Shown: one piece after another, positions 55,412-64,000 of the stretch
Layout of the letters: each line of letters begins with the position of its first letter
How positions within the stretch are numbered: position 1 is the first letter of the stretch
Assembly: GCA_018693315.1 (NCBI GenBank)
Contig: JABHLR010000005.1
Span: forward strand, 11,975 to 75,974
DNA from: an archaeon
GTDB taxonomy: Archaea > Nanobdellota > Nanobdellia > Pacearchaeales > GW2011-AR1
Direction: 5' to 3'
DNA: 64,000 nucleotides
The notes under the pieces: generated by a model
Database searches by the model: none
What the model was told of the DNA's origin: nothing
Seen by the model: only the letters and a program-made list of their open reading frames with translations
Made by a program: the position numbers and the translations under genes

Positions 55412-56512
55412 ATGGAAGGAGATGAGATCGGTTCAGTTAGGATTCTTGCTAAGGGTTTGTCGACTGTTAGAAAAACTAAATCTGGATGGATGAAGGTTTA
55501 TGTTGATATTCCGAAGACGTTTGATGCGATAAAACTTTTTAAGAAAAATAATTATTTGAAGGCTTTGGTTGATTCCAAGGATTCGAAGTTTTTGAAGGGC
55601 GGGTTGAATGCGAAGGGGAAAGTTTTTGGGGATAGGGTGAATGTGCTTCCGAGTAAACATGAGTTAGATAAGGCGTTTTCGCTTTTCGCTGATGGTTTGG
55701 TGATTCATGATGAGTTGTCGAGTTCGCATTGGGATGTGATTTTTAGGAATCCGAATGGTAAGTATTCTTATTTGTATACTTTGGAAAAGAAGAAAAAAAG
55801 TAAGGCGAGGAAGTTTTCGGCTGTTGATAATTTTGAGAAGAATTTGGTTAAGATAAATCGGGCTGTGAATAAAGGGATTGTTGATGGTGATTTGATGGCT
55901 TTGGCGATGAGGACTTTGTTGCAAACTAGGATGAGAGTTGGTAGTGAGGTTTATTATAAAGCTGATGGACATAAGGGTTTGACGACGCTGAAGAAAGGTG
56001 ATGTGAAGATTTCTGGGAATAAAGTTACGTTTTCATTTATTGCTAAGGATGGCGTTCCCCAGGTTATTAGTGAGAGGTTTTCGAAGGAGTATGTTAAAAA
56101 TTTGAAGAGTGTTTTGAGAAAGTTGAAGAGTAATGGTTTTATTTTTGCGAAGGCTGGTCGGCCATTTAGAGATACGGATTTTAAGAAAGCGTTTGAGAAT
56201 TATTGTGGTGAGGAATTTTATCCGCATATTGTTAGGTCTCATTATGCTACGAAGAGGGCTGAGGATTTTTTGAAGAAGCACAAGAAGTCTAACAGGGATG
56301 AGGTTGAGAAATTGTTTGGGGATATTGCTGTGAAGTTGGGGCATAAGAAATTTTCGAAGGGCGAGTGGAAGACTGATTATTCTGCGACTGTTCATTATTA
56401 TATTAAGCCGAAGTTTGTTGATAGGATTTTGAAGAAAATGGAAGCTGGCGCCGCACGCGGCATACCCTCTAAGGAGGGAACTAAAGTTCCAGTTTTATCG
56501 GGCAAAGTTTAA
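55412..56512 (+). CDS. DNA topoisomerase IB, short bacterial/viral type
   Basis: MRVGSEVYY..GHKGLTTLKKGDV..VTFSFIAKDG (R, K), HIVRSHYAT (R), KLGH (H), VHYYI (Y) in catalytic order. Confidence 0.82.
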   Translation: MEGDEIGSVRILAKGLSTVRKTKSGWMKVYVDIPKTFDAIKLFKKNNYLKALVDSKDSKFLKGGLNAKGKVFGDRVNVLPSKHELDKAFSLFADGLVIHDELSSSHWDVIFRNPNGKYSYLYTLEKKKKSKARKFSAVDNFEKNLVKINRAVNKGIVDGDLMALAMRTLLQTRMRVGSEVYYKADGHKGLTTLKKGDVKISGNKVTFSFIAKDGVPQVISERFSKEYVKNLKSVLRKLKSNGFIFAKAGRPFRDTDFKKAFENYCGEEFYPHIVRSHYATKRAEDFLKKHKKSNRDEVEKLFGDIAVKLGHKKFSKGEWKTDYSATVHYYIKPKFVDRILKKMEAGAARGIPSKEGTKVPVLSGKV

Positions 56513-56548
56513 GTAATTGTTTTTGTTTGATAATTTAGGAGGTGATGT

Positions 56549-56758
56549 ATGATGGAGTATTTTAATAAGAGGATAAAGAAGCTTGATGTTTGGGATATTG
56601 CTTTGACAAAGTTGAGTGTTTTGATTTTTGCTTTGTTTTTAGTTGGAGTTTGGCCCGCCCTTCGTGTTTGGGTTGATTCTAGAAATCCCTGGTGTTTTGT
56701 AGCTGCTTTTGTTATTGTTGTGGCTAGGCCGATTTATAGATTTTATTTGAAGAAATAA
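56549..56758 (+). CDS. Small 2-TM membrane protein
   Basis: SD AGGAGGTG; KKLDVWDIALTKLSV..ARP pattern. Confidence 0.65.
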   Translation: MMEYFNKRIKKLDVWDIALTKLSVLIFALFLVGVWPALRVWVDSRNPWCFVAAFVIVVARPIYRFYLKK

Positions 56759-56788
56759 TTTTATAAAGGAATTTGTATTGTTTATTTT

Positions 56789-56974
56789 ATGGTAAAGAAA
56801 AAAGAGGCGTGTTCTGTGAATGGCGGAGCTTGTCCATGCGGGGGTTTGATGGCGATTGTCATTATTGTTCTTGTTTGGATTTCGACGGCTATGTGGTCTA
56901 AGATTGTGATCACTATTGCTGCAGCTTTGATCCTTTTGTCTGCTGGTGCGTCTTCCTGTGGAAAGAAAAAGTAA
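56789..56974 (+). CDS. Small 2-TM membrane protein
   Basis: AIVIIVLVW..WSKIVITIAAALIL; TATA TTTTATAAA upstream. Confidence 0.6.
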   Translation: MVKKKEACSVNGGACPCGGLMAIVIIVLVWISTAMWSKIVITIAAALILLSAGASSCGKKK

Positions 56975-57014
56975 TTTTAAAAAAATAAAAAATTGCCAGA
57001 TGTTAGTCTGGACT

Positions 57015-57479
57015 TTATTCGGATTTAGCTTCTTCGGCGTCTTCTTTTGCTTCTTCAACTGTTTCGATCTTCTCTTCGCCTTCTTCAGCGTCTGAGTTAT
57101 CGTCTACAACTTCTGGAGCAGCTTCGTCGTCAAGTGCATCTTCAACATTGCTGTTGATTTCTGATGGGTTTGCTACTGGTGCTTCTGATGGTTCTGAGTT
57201 ATCCCTATCATTGTACCGTGGAGCATTGTCTCGTGGAACCATTGGTTTAGCCTCGCTAACTGTCAATGGTCGACCCTCGACTTCCTTCTTGTTCATTTCG
57301 TCGATGGCTTTTTGAGCAGCACCGTCGTCTGTGAATGTTACAAATCCGAATCCTTTGGATCTACCTGAGAATTTATCTTTGATTAGAACTGCTTCCTCAA
57401 TGTCGCCGTATGACGCAAAAAGTTCGCTCAATCCCTTGTCATCGATAGACCATGGTAGATTACCTACGTATAATTTCAT
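57015..57479 (-). CDS. RRM (RNP-1) RNA-binding protein with acidic tail
   Basis: KLYVGNL (RNP2), RSKGFGFVTF (RNP1), GRPLTVSEAKP. Confidence 0.93.
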   Translation of the reverse strand: MKLYVGNLPWSIDDKGLSELFASYGDIEEAVLIKDKFSGRSKGFGFVTFTDDGAAQKAIDEMNKKEVEGRPLTVSEAKPMVPRDNAPRYNDRDNSEPSEAPVANPSEINSNVEDALDDEAAPEVVDDNSDAEEGEEKIETVEEAKEDAEEAKSE

Positions 57480-57585
57480 ATTTTCCTCCTGTGTTATTTA
57501 ATAATTTTAATAGAATTGTCATGATTGTTCTTGTTCTCGCTTTACATAATTTTATAGATTGAGGGTTTTTAAGGTTGTGGGTCGT

Positions 57586-58701
57586 TTAATGTGTGAACTC
57601 TAGGATTATTCCTGTGATGAAAATTATTGAGAGGATGATTATTAGGGTCCAGTTTATTGGAACTCGGATTTCTGGATCTTTTTTGTTCCGTTTGTTTGAT
57701 TTTGCTTTTCTTGCCATTAGCATTATTAGGATTCCTGTTAGTCCTCCTGAGATTACACCGCCGACACCTAGGATTAGTGCGAAGCCGACGAAATCGAATT
57801 GTGTCATGAAGATGTAGAGTGCTAATGGAACCATTGATGTTAGGAGGAATCTCATTTTTTTGCCGGTTTTGATGTCGAATTTGAATGTGTCGTTTAGGGA
57901 GAATGATAGGACGAAGTATGACGTGAGCATTGTGAAGATTCCGAGGATTGTCATTAGTGGGCCGAAAGATAGGGTTGCTACTTCAGTGATTGAGCTTCCT
58001 AGGACGCCGATGAATGTTGCGCTGAATATTACGTAAAGTAGGATTGGGATTAGACTTCCGATGATGATTGCTCTTTTTAGGTATTTTTCTTGGCCCTTGA
58101 TTTCTTGTCGTAGTTCTGGGATTGATGTGAAACCGAGTAGCGCGAACATTACTACACCGATGGGTATTGCGAAGTTTGGTGTGCTCCATGTCATTAGGTT
58201 TGATGTGTTGAGTTCTGGTGCGAATCTTGCGAAGATTCCTAGGATGATTGCTATGATTGCTATGACGCCCCATGTTTCGATTTTCTTTAAGCCCTTTAAT
58301 CCTTCTTTTAGCAATAGCGTCATGACGAGCCAGAATATGATTCCGAAAACTAGTGGGGGGATGTTGCCTGGGATTAGTTGTGCTAGGGACTGGCCTTCAC
58401 CGATTAGATAAGCCAGAAGTGCTGAGTAGATACCGAAGAGGACCGATATGAGCATTGCGTATTTCCCCCATTTGCCGAGGTATTTTTCTGCGTAGCCTGA
58501 GAGTTGGTGCTTGCCTCGGGTTCTTAATGTGATTTCTCCGAGTGCTAAGTTTACGAAAACCATTACTGCTCCAAGAACGATTAGCCAGAATATACCGACT
58601 AGGAAGCCTGATTTTGCGAAGACGTATGGGAGACCGAGGATTCCTGCTCCGATAATTGTTCCTGTAAGTGTGAATGTTGTTGCCCAGAATTTTTTGTTCA
58701 T
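57586..58701 (-). CDS. Aromatic amino acid permease (HAAAP/Trp-Tyr family)
   Basis: GTIIGAGILGLPY, ~11 TM, FTSIPE, TSY. Confidence 0.85.
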   Translation of the reverse strand: MNKKFWATTFTLTGTIIGAGILGLPYVFAKSGFLVGIFWLIVLGAVMVFVNLALGEITLRTRGKHQLSGYAEKYLGKWGKYAMLISVLFGIYSALLAYLIGEGQSLAQLIPGNIPPLVFGIIFWLVMTLLLKEGLKGLKKIETWGVIAIIAIILGIFARFAPELNTSNLMTWSTPNFAIPIGVVMFALLGFTSIPELRQEIKGQEKYLKRAIIIGSLIPILLYVIFSATFIGVLGSSITEVATLSFGPLMTILGIFTMLTSYFVLSFSLNDTFKFDIKTGKKMRFLLTSMVPLALYIFMTQFDFVGFALILGVGGVISGGLTGILIMLMARKAKSNKRNKKDPEIRVPINWTLIIILSIIFITGIILEFTH

Positions 58702-58790
58702 TGTATCACCTTGATTGTATAGGGTGTTTCCTTTTTTATAGCTTACTACAATAATTTTTTTAAAGGGGTTAGGGTTGCTAATTGTCTAAG

Positions 58791-60575
58791 ATGGTGGATA
58801 TTATTGTGAATGAGAATTTTGAAGAGGATGCTTCTGAGTTGTTTGGAGATATCGAGAGCGGGAGCTTTGATTCGTCGGAGTTGTTTAAGTTGCAGATGGA
58901 TGCGCGGGAGATTTCTTCGGATTCGGAAATTGATGATTTGATTTCTTATGGGATGATTAAGAAAAATTTGGCTTATGATTTGCCGTACCAGAGGGAGGGT
59001 GCTTTGAGGTTATTGAAGGATTTGAATGCGACGGCTCTGTTGGCTGATGAGGTTGGTCTTGGGAAAACGATTACGACGGCGATGGTGATTAAGGAGGGTG
59101 TTGTTCGGGGGTTTTTGAAGAAAGTTGCGATTTTGTGTCCGCCGAGTTTGGTTGATCAGTGGGTTGCGGAGTTGAAGGAAAAGTTTGAGTTGGATTTTCA
59201 TATTGTTGAGTCGGTTGAGGATTGGGAGGAGCATGATTTTGTGATTGCGTCGATCGATAGGGTTAAGATTTTTGATAAGGTTAATAGTCGGTTTAAGCAT
59301 AAGGCGGCGCATGGGATTTCGTGGGATTTGGTTATTGTTGATGAGGCGCATAAGTTGAAAGAGCGGAATACTGTGAGGTGGCGGTTTGTTGATCGGTTGC
59401 GGAAGAAGAGGTTTTTGTTGTTGACAGCGACGCCGTTTCAGAATGATTTGGTTGAGTTGTATAATTTGTTGCATATTTTGAAGCGGGGGCATTTGGGGAC
59501 GATGAAGGAATTTCGGAAGAAGTTTTTGTATCGGGGGAATAAGAGGCATCCGTTGAATCCTGATGAGTTGAAGGAAAAGTTGGAGCAGGTGATGGTTAGG
59601 CGGAGGCGTGATGAGACTGGGATTAATTATAAAAAAAGGATTCCGAAGATTGTGACGATTGAGATGACGCCGCAGGAAAAGACGATTTATGACAATACTG
59701 TTAGGTTGTTGAAGGAGAATTATTTTAGGGCGGACGGTCGTGAGATTAATGGGGCGTTGATTGTGTTTGCGATTTTGCCTAAAGTGACTAGTAGTTCTAA
59801 GTCTGCGATTGAGAGTTTGACTAAGATTGTTGAGGGCGATGTTTATAGTGATGGGACGAAGGATTTTGCGCAGGGAATTTTGGATGATTATGCGACGTTG
59901 AATAAGGATTCGAAAATTGAGAAGCTTGTTGAGTTAGTTGAGGAGATTCGGAATAGATCTGATGATGAGAAAATTTTGATTTATACGCGGCATCCGACGA
60001 CTTTGAAATATATTGTTGAGAAATTGGAGCCGTTTGGCTTGAAGATTATTGAGTTTATGGGTGGGCTGACTAGAGAGGAGAAGTCTGAGAAGATTGAGTC
60101 GTTTAAGAGGGGCGAGGCGGATATTATGATTTCGACTGATTGTGGGGCCGAGGGTTTGAATTTTCAGTTTTGTCGGAATTTGATTAATTATGATTTGCCA
60201 TGGAATCCGATGAGTGTTGAGCAGAGGATTGGGCGGTTGGATAGGATTGGGCAGGAGCGGGATATGTATATTTATTCGTTTGCGACGAAGGGGACGATGG
60301 AAGAGCACGTGGTTGATTTGATTATTAATAAGATGTGTTGCGTTGGCTTGGTGATTGGGGAGTTGCCGATTATTTTATTTAATTTGGGTTTGGATGGTTC
60401 GGGGAAAAGTGGGAAGAATAAGATTGAGGAGAAGTTGATGGCGTCGTTTATTGAAGGGAAGGGGAATTTGGATTTTTTTGCGAGGGGAGTTGATGAGATT
60501 GCTGACGAGATTGCTTTGGGGATGAAGGATTATGAGAAGGAGAAGGTTCATAATAAGAAGTTTTTTGATGAGTAG
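58791..60575 (+). CDS. SNF2-family helicase (YqhH-like)
   Basis: LADEVGLGKT, DEAHKL, LTATPFQN, VRRRR, GAEGLNFQFC..INYDLPWNP..EQRIGRLDRIGQ. Confidence 0.92.
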   Translation: MVDIIVNENFEEDASELFGDIESGSFDSSELFKLQMDAREISSDSEIDDLISYGMIKKNLAYDLPYQREGALRLLKDLNATALLADEVGLGKTITTAMVIKEGVVRGFLKKVAILCPPSLVDQWVAELKEKFELDFHIVESVEDWEEHDFVIASIDRVKIFDKVNSRFKHKAAHGISWDLVIVDEAHKLKERNTVRWRFVDRLRKKRFLLLTATPFQNDLVELYNLLHILKRGHLGTMKEFRKKFLYRGNKRHPLNPDELKEKLEQVMVRRRRDETGINYKKRIPKIVTIEMTPQEKTIYDNTVRLLKENYFRADGREINGALIVFAILPKVTSSSKSAIESLTKIVEGDVYSDGTKDFAQGILDDYATLNKDSKIEKLVELVEEIRNRSDDEKILIYTRHPTTLKYIVEKLEPFGLKIIEFMGGLTREEKSEKIESFKRGEADIMISTDCGAEGLNFQFCRNLINYDLPWNPMSVEQRIGRLDRIGQERDMYIYSFATKGTMEEHVVDLIINKMCCVGLVIGELPIILFNLGLDGSGKSGKNKIEEKLMASFIEGKGNLDFFARGVDEIADEIALGMKDYEKEKVHNKKFFDE

Positions 60576-60605
60576 ATTTAAATAATTGAATTGTGTTTGT
60601 GATGT

Positions 60606-60965
60606 ATGGCGAAGAAAGAGGGTAAAAAAGAGAGGGAAGAGGAGTGGAGTAGGCTTTCTCAGAAACTTAAAGAATTGAGGTTTGAGGATTCTCCGGCTAA
60701 ACGGAAAGTAATTCTTGACGAGGCTATTGCGTCTGAAGATGATAGACTTATGGCAGATGCCTTTTTTTATCTGGGGAATAGTGGTAAGGATTATTCTGTG
60801 AAGTTAAAATATCTTGAGGATGCTAGGGCTTTGTTTAAGAAGACGAATCAGCCGTATTATGCGAATTCGACTTGGACCAGGATACAAATGCTTCAGCAAG
60901 AGGAGAGGCAGAGGCGTCGTCCGCGTTGGAAGAAGATGTTGTTTCCTTTTAGGGCTGCGGCTTAG
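60606..60965 (+). CDS. Hypothetical helical (TPR-like) protein
   Basis: ADAFFYLG..YLEDARALF; own TATA TTTAAATA. Confidence 0.55.
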   Translation: MAKKEGKKEREEEWSRLSQKLKELRFEDSPAKRKVILDEAIASEDDRLMADAFFYLGNSGKDYSVKLKYLEDARALFKKTNQPYYANSTWTRIQMLQQEERQRRRPRWKKMLFPFRAAA

Positions 60966-61012
60966 TTTTTTATCACAATAATATTCTTAAAGGGGCTTGC
61001 CGATTTTTTCTG

Positions 61013-62407
61013 ATGTCGAATCAAATAGAAAAGTTTGTGATGGGGTTTTTTGAGAACCTGAAGTGTGGCGTTTCTTTAGAGGATGGTGTTTTGGTCGTTG
61101 AGAATGTCCCGAAGGCTTTTGAGGATTTGTATGGGAAAGTTGCGCCGTATAGATTTTGTTTTGTCGCGGGAATGAAGAATTGTGAGTTTGTTGGGAAGGG
61201 TAGTGTTCTGTTGGCTGCGATGACGAAATTTTTGAAGGGGGCCGGGAAGACGACTTTGTTGAAGATAGATTTTGATGTTGACCCGATGAAGGAAATTGAT
61301 AAGGTTTTGAGTTTGAAGAATTGTGAGATTGATAGTTTGGTTAAGAAATATAAGAATAGTTTTTTCTCGAGGTTTACTTTTATGACAACGTTTAGATATT
61401 TGAATGAGGCGGAACAGATTGTGAATGAGGTTTATGTTCATGATGGGAAAGTTGTCGACGGTGATTTGAGTGGGTATAAGGTTTTGGAGGGCGAGAGTGA
61501 TGCGGTTTCTGAGGATAGTGTGAAGCGGGATTATGATATTGCGAAGGATGTTTTGAAGGGGGTGTTGGAGGCGAAGACTGCGGAGATTGGTGAGAGTTTG
61601 GGGGAGAAGGCTGGGGTTGAGATTGAAAGGATTCGGGCGCATTATGAAAATTTGATGGGGGAGCTTGGTGGGGATTTGGCTGGGGCGTTGAAAAAAATTA
61701 AGGAAGTTGAGTTAGAGTTGAGAAATGCCGAAGATGAAGATAGGGATGTTTTGAGGGCGAGACTGGAGAGATTGAGGAAGGGGCTTGTGAAGATTGGGGA
61801 TGATGAGGCGAGGGATAAGATTTTGAAGGAGCAGGAGTTTACGATTAAGGATGCGATGCATAAGCACAGTTTGAATATTGATAATAAGTTGGTGAATACG
61901 ACTGTGATTTATTATCCTGTTTTTAGCTTTAATTTGTTTCTAAAAGGGGATTCTTCTGGGAGATTTGTTGAGATGAATTATGATCCTTTAACTAAGACTT
62001 TGAATAAGTTGGTTTGTGAATCTTGTGGGAAGGATATTGTGAGGTTGAATTTGTGTTCGGCTGGGCATATTAGTTGTGATGATTGTTTGGAGAAGTGCGG
62101 GGAGTGCGGGAAAGGATTTTGTGGGAAGTGTTTGAAGCGAAGTTGTAGTTCTTGTGGGAAATTGCTCTGTAAGGGTTGTGCGAAGATGTGTATGGGGTGT
62201 GGTAAGCATGTTTGTGGGAATCATATGAGGCGGGATTGTGTTTCTGGGGATGATCGGTGCGTTAGTTGTTTGCGGGCGTGTTTGAGGTGTCATGGTTTGT
62301 CGAGTCCGAAATATTTTGGTGAGGCTTTGGATGGATCGAAGGTTTGCCAGAAATGTTTGGGTGCTGAGAAAAGGGGTAATGTTTTGAAGGATGTTTTTAG
62401 GGATTAG
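61013..62407 (+). CDS. YqhG-like helicase partner with coiled coil and poly-Zn-finger tail
   Basis: EIERIRAHYE coiled coil, VNTTVIYYP, YDPLT; 23 Cys, mostly CxxC, in the last ~130 aa. Confidence 0.7.
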   Translation: MSNQIEKFVMGFFENLKCGVSLEDGVLVVENVPKAFEDLYGKVAPYRFCFVAGMKNCEFVGKGSVLLAAMTKFLKGAGKTTLLKIDFDVDPMKEIDKVLSLKNCEIDSLVKKYKNSFFSRFTFMTTFRYLNEAEQIVNEVYVHDGKVVDGDLSGYKVLEGESDAVSEDSVKRDYDIAKDVLKGVLEAKTAEIGESLGEKAGVEIERIRAHYENLMGELGGDLAGALKKIKEVELELRNAEDEDRDVLRARLERLRKGLVKIGDDEARDKILKEQEFTIKDAMHKHSLNIDNKLVNTTVIYYPVFSFNLFLKGDSSGRFVEMNYDPLTKTLNKLVCESCGKDIVRLNLCSAGHISCDDCLEKCGECGKGFCGKCLKRSCSSCGKLLCKGCAKMCMGCGKHVCGNHMRRDCVSGDDRCVSCLRACLRCHGLSSPKYFGEALDGSKVCQKCLGAEKRGNVLKDVFRD

Positions 62408-62447
62408 TTAATCTTATAAAATCATATTTGGTTATGATATAAACTAT

Positions 62448-62519
62448 GAGCCCGTAGTTTAACGGATAGAATAACAGGTTTCGGCCCTGTAGATGGGAGT
62501 TCGATTCTTCCCGGGCTCG
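62448..62519 (+). tRNA. tRNA-Arg (TCG)
   Basis: GAGCCCG/CGGGCTC acceptor; ACAGG-TTTCGGC-CCTGT anticodon arm; GGGAG-TTCGATT-CTTCC T arm. Confidence 0.9.
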
Positions 62520-62589
62520 TTATTTTTAATTCCGTGAAAATGTGAAATTCCTTTGGAATTTGCCAAATTTTCCGCTCCTTCGGTAGTGC

Positions 62590-63279
62590 CTAGATATTTT
62601 TGATAGATATTTTCTTTATCTCTCCTTGTTCAAGGTTTCCGAGCTTTATATTTCCCATTGAAATTCTTTTTAGTAAGTAGATTTTATATTTTAGTTTCTT
62701 GAGTGCTATTCGGATTATTCTATTTCGCCCTTCTTTGATTGTGATGTCGAATGTGTTTTTATTTATGTTACTGATCTTTGCAAATAATTTTCTGTCTTCG
62801 ATTAGTAATCCGTTTTTTAGTTTTGTAATGTCTTCTTTTGTTATGGAGGGCTCTGTTCGGACTTGGTATGTTTTTTCGCTTTCGTGTTTTGGGTGGGTTA
62901 ATTTATTGTTTAGTTCGCCGTCGTTTGTTAATAGTAATAATCCTTCAGATGCTCCGTCTAATCTTCCGACATAGTTTAGGTCGAATCCAATTTCTTTTTT
63001 TAGTTGAGATAATGCTTTAAGGTTGTAGATTGTTCTTCTGTTTTGTGGGTCGTCTTTTGTTACGAGGATTCCTTTTGGTTTGTTTAGGATATAGTAATAG
63101 TTTTTTTGTTTTCGTTCTAAAGCTTTTCCTTCGACTGTTATTTTGTCTGATTCTTCGGCTTTGTCGCCGAGTTTTGCTAATTTGTTATTGAGTTTTACTT
63201 TTCCTTTTTCGATTAGTTCTTCGGCTTTTCGTCTTGAGCAGAATCCGGCGTTGGCGATGATTTTTTGAAGGCGTTCCAT
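62590..63279 (-). CDS. RsuA/RluB-family pseudouridine synthase with S4 domain
   Basis: ERLQKIIA..CSRRKAEELI, LNKPKG, VGRLD..SEGLLLLTNDG, EGRNRIIR. Confidence 0.92.
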   Translation of the reverse strand: MERLQKIIANAGFCSRRKAEELIEKGKVKLNNKLAKLGDKAEESDKITVEGKALERKQKNYYYILNKPKGILVTKDDPQNRRTIYNLKALSQLKKEIGFDLNYVGRLDGASEGLLLLTNDGELNNKLTHPKHESEKTYQVRTEPSITKEDITKLKNGLLIEDRKLFAKISNINKNTFDITIKEGRNRIIRIALKKLKYKIYLLKRISMGNIKLGNLEQGEIKKISIKNI

Positions 63280-63329
63280 GAATTGTATAGGATAGTTAGT
63301 TTTATAAAATCTTTTAGATAGGTGATACA

Positions 63330-64000
63330 ATGGGGAAGAAGACGACTTTTAATATTAGCAAGAATGATAATTTTAGCGAATGGTATAGTGAGATTTTGGC
63401 GAAGGCTGAGGTGACGGATTTGCGTTATGGTGTTAAGGGGTTTGTTGTGATTCGGCCGTGGGGTGCGAGGATTATTGATAAGATGTATCGGATTTATGAA
63501 TCGGCTTTGAGGGCGACTGGGCATGATCCTGCGATTTTTCCGGCAGTGATTCCTGAAGATAATTTTAAGAGGGAGGCGAGTCATGTTAAGGGATTTTCGT
63601 CTGAGTTGTTTTGGTTGGATAAGAAGCAGGGTGAGGACAAGTTGGCTTTGCGTCCGACGAGTGAGACTGCGTTTTATGATATGTATAAGATTTGGATTAG
63701 GAGTTATCGTGATTTGCCGATGAAGATGTATCAGCGTGCGAATGTTTTTAGAAATGAGACCAAGGCGACTCGGCCTTTGATTAGGTCTAGGGAATTTCAT
63801 TGGATTGAGAGCCATGATGTTTTTGCGAGCAAGAAGGATGCTGAGATGCAGGTTCAGGATGATATTGTGATGACCGAGGAAGTTATGCATAAGATTTTTG
63901 GGGTACCGTTTTTGCCAATGAGGAGGCCGCAGTGGGACAAATTTCCTGGGGCGGAGTATACAATTGGTTCGGATGTTGTGATGCCTGATGGTCGCGTGAT
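63330..64000 (+). CDS. proS: Prolyl-tRNA synthetase (archaeal/eukaryotic type), partial
   Basis: FSEWYSEIL..D.RYGVKG...RPWG, LALRPTSET, IRSYRDLP, FRNETKATRPLIRSREFHWIE, DKFPGA. Confidence 0.95.
   Translation, partial: MGKKTTFNISKNDNFSEWYSEILAKAEVTDLRYGVKGFVVIRPWGARIIDKMYRIYESALRATGHDPAIFPAVIPEDNFKREASHVKGFSSELFWLDKKQGEDKLALRPTSETAFYDMYKIWIRSYRDLPMKMYQRANVFRNETKATRPLIRSREFHWIESHDVFASKKDAEMQVQDDIVMTEEVMHKIFGVPFLPMRRPQWDKFPGAEYTIGSDVVMPDGRV

Noticed and set aside
55412-56512. Phage integrase call
   Set aside because: RVG.E.Y...GLTTL and F.F.AK.G motifs fit TopIB better than XerC/D-type integrases.
184-63890. Many antisense ORFs rich in N/I/T/K/Q (e.g. 184..735, 2423..2974, 20478..21464, 63213..63890)
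   Set aside because: They are shadows of real genes caused by the G+T skew and have no recognisable motifs.

Overview
Archaeal chromosomal DNA, most likely from a small-genome DPANN lineage (Pacearchaeota/Woesearchaeota-like, by inference). Support for this comes from archaeal core genes (archease, RtcB, CCA enzyme, aCPSF1, PsmB, aIF-2beta, aIF-1A, FtsZ, GatDE, oapABC-like trio), TATA boxes about 20-30 nt upstream of apparently leaderless ATGs, and a strong G+T skew on the + strand. Layout: (1) 0.6-20.5 kb, a cluster of modular surface proteins (pilin-signal adhesins, LamG, PKD, PGF-CTERM) containing a compositionally foreign ~1.5 kb unit with a bacterial PEP-CTERM gene; (2) 20.5-27.7 kb, core genes; (3) 27.8-32.8 kb, a variable patch with gene remnants and an NYN ribonuclease flanked by candidate small RNAs built from UNCG-tetraloop hairpins; (4) 33-51.8 kb, core and translation genes including gatA/C/B, gatD/E, a bacterial-type aspS and tRNA-Asn; (5) 51.8-57 kb, small orphan cassettes separated by extra copies of the gatB 3' end, followed by a short type IB topoisomerase; (6) an SNF2 helicase with a Cys-rich partner, tRNA-Arg, an RluB-like enzyme and the start of proS. 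All calls come from reading motifs by eye; no searches were run. Many starts were moved from the ORF track to the most plausible ATG.
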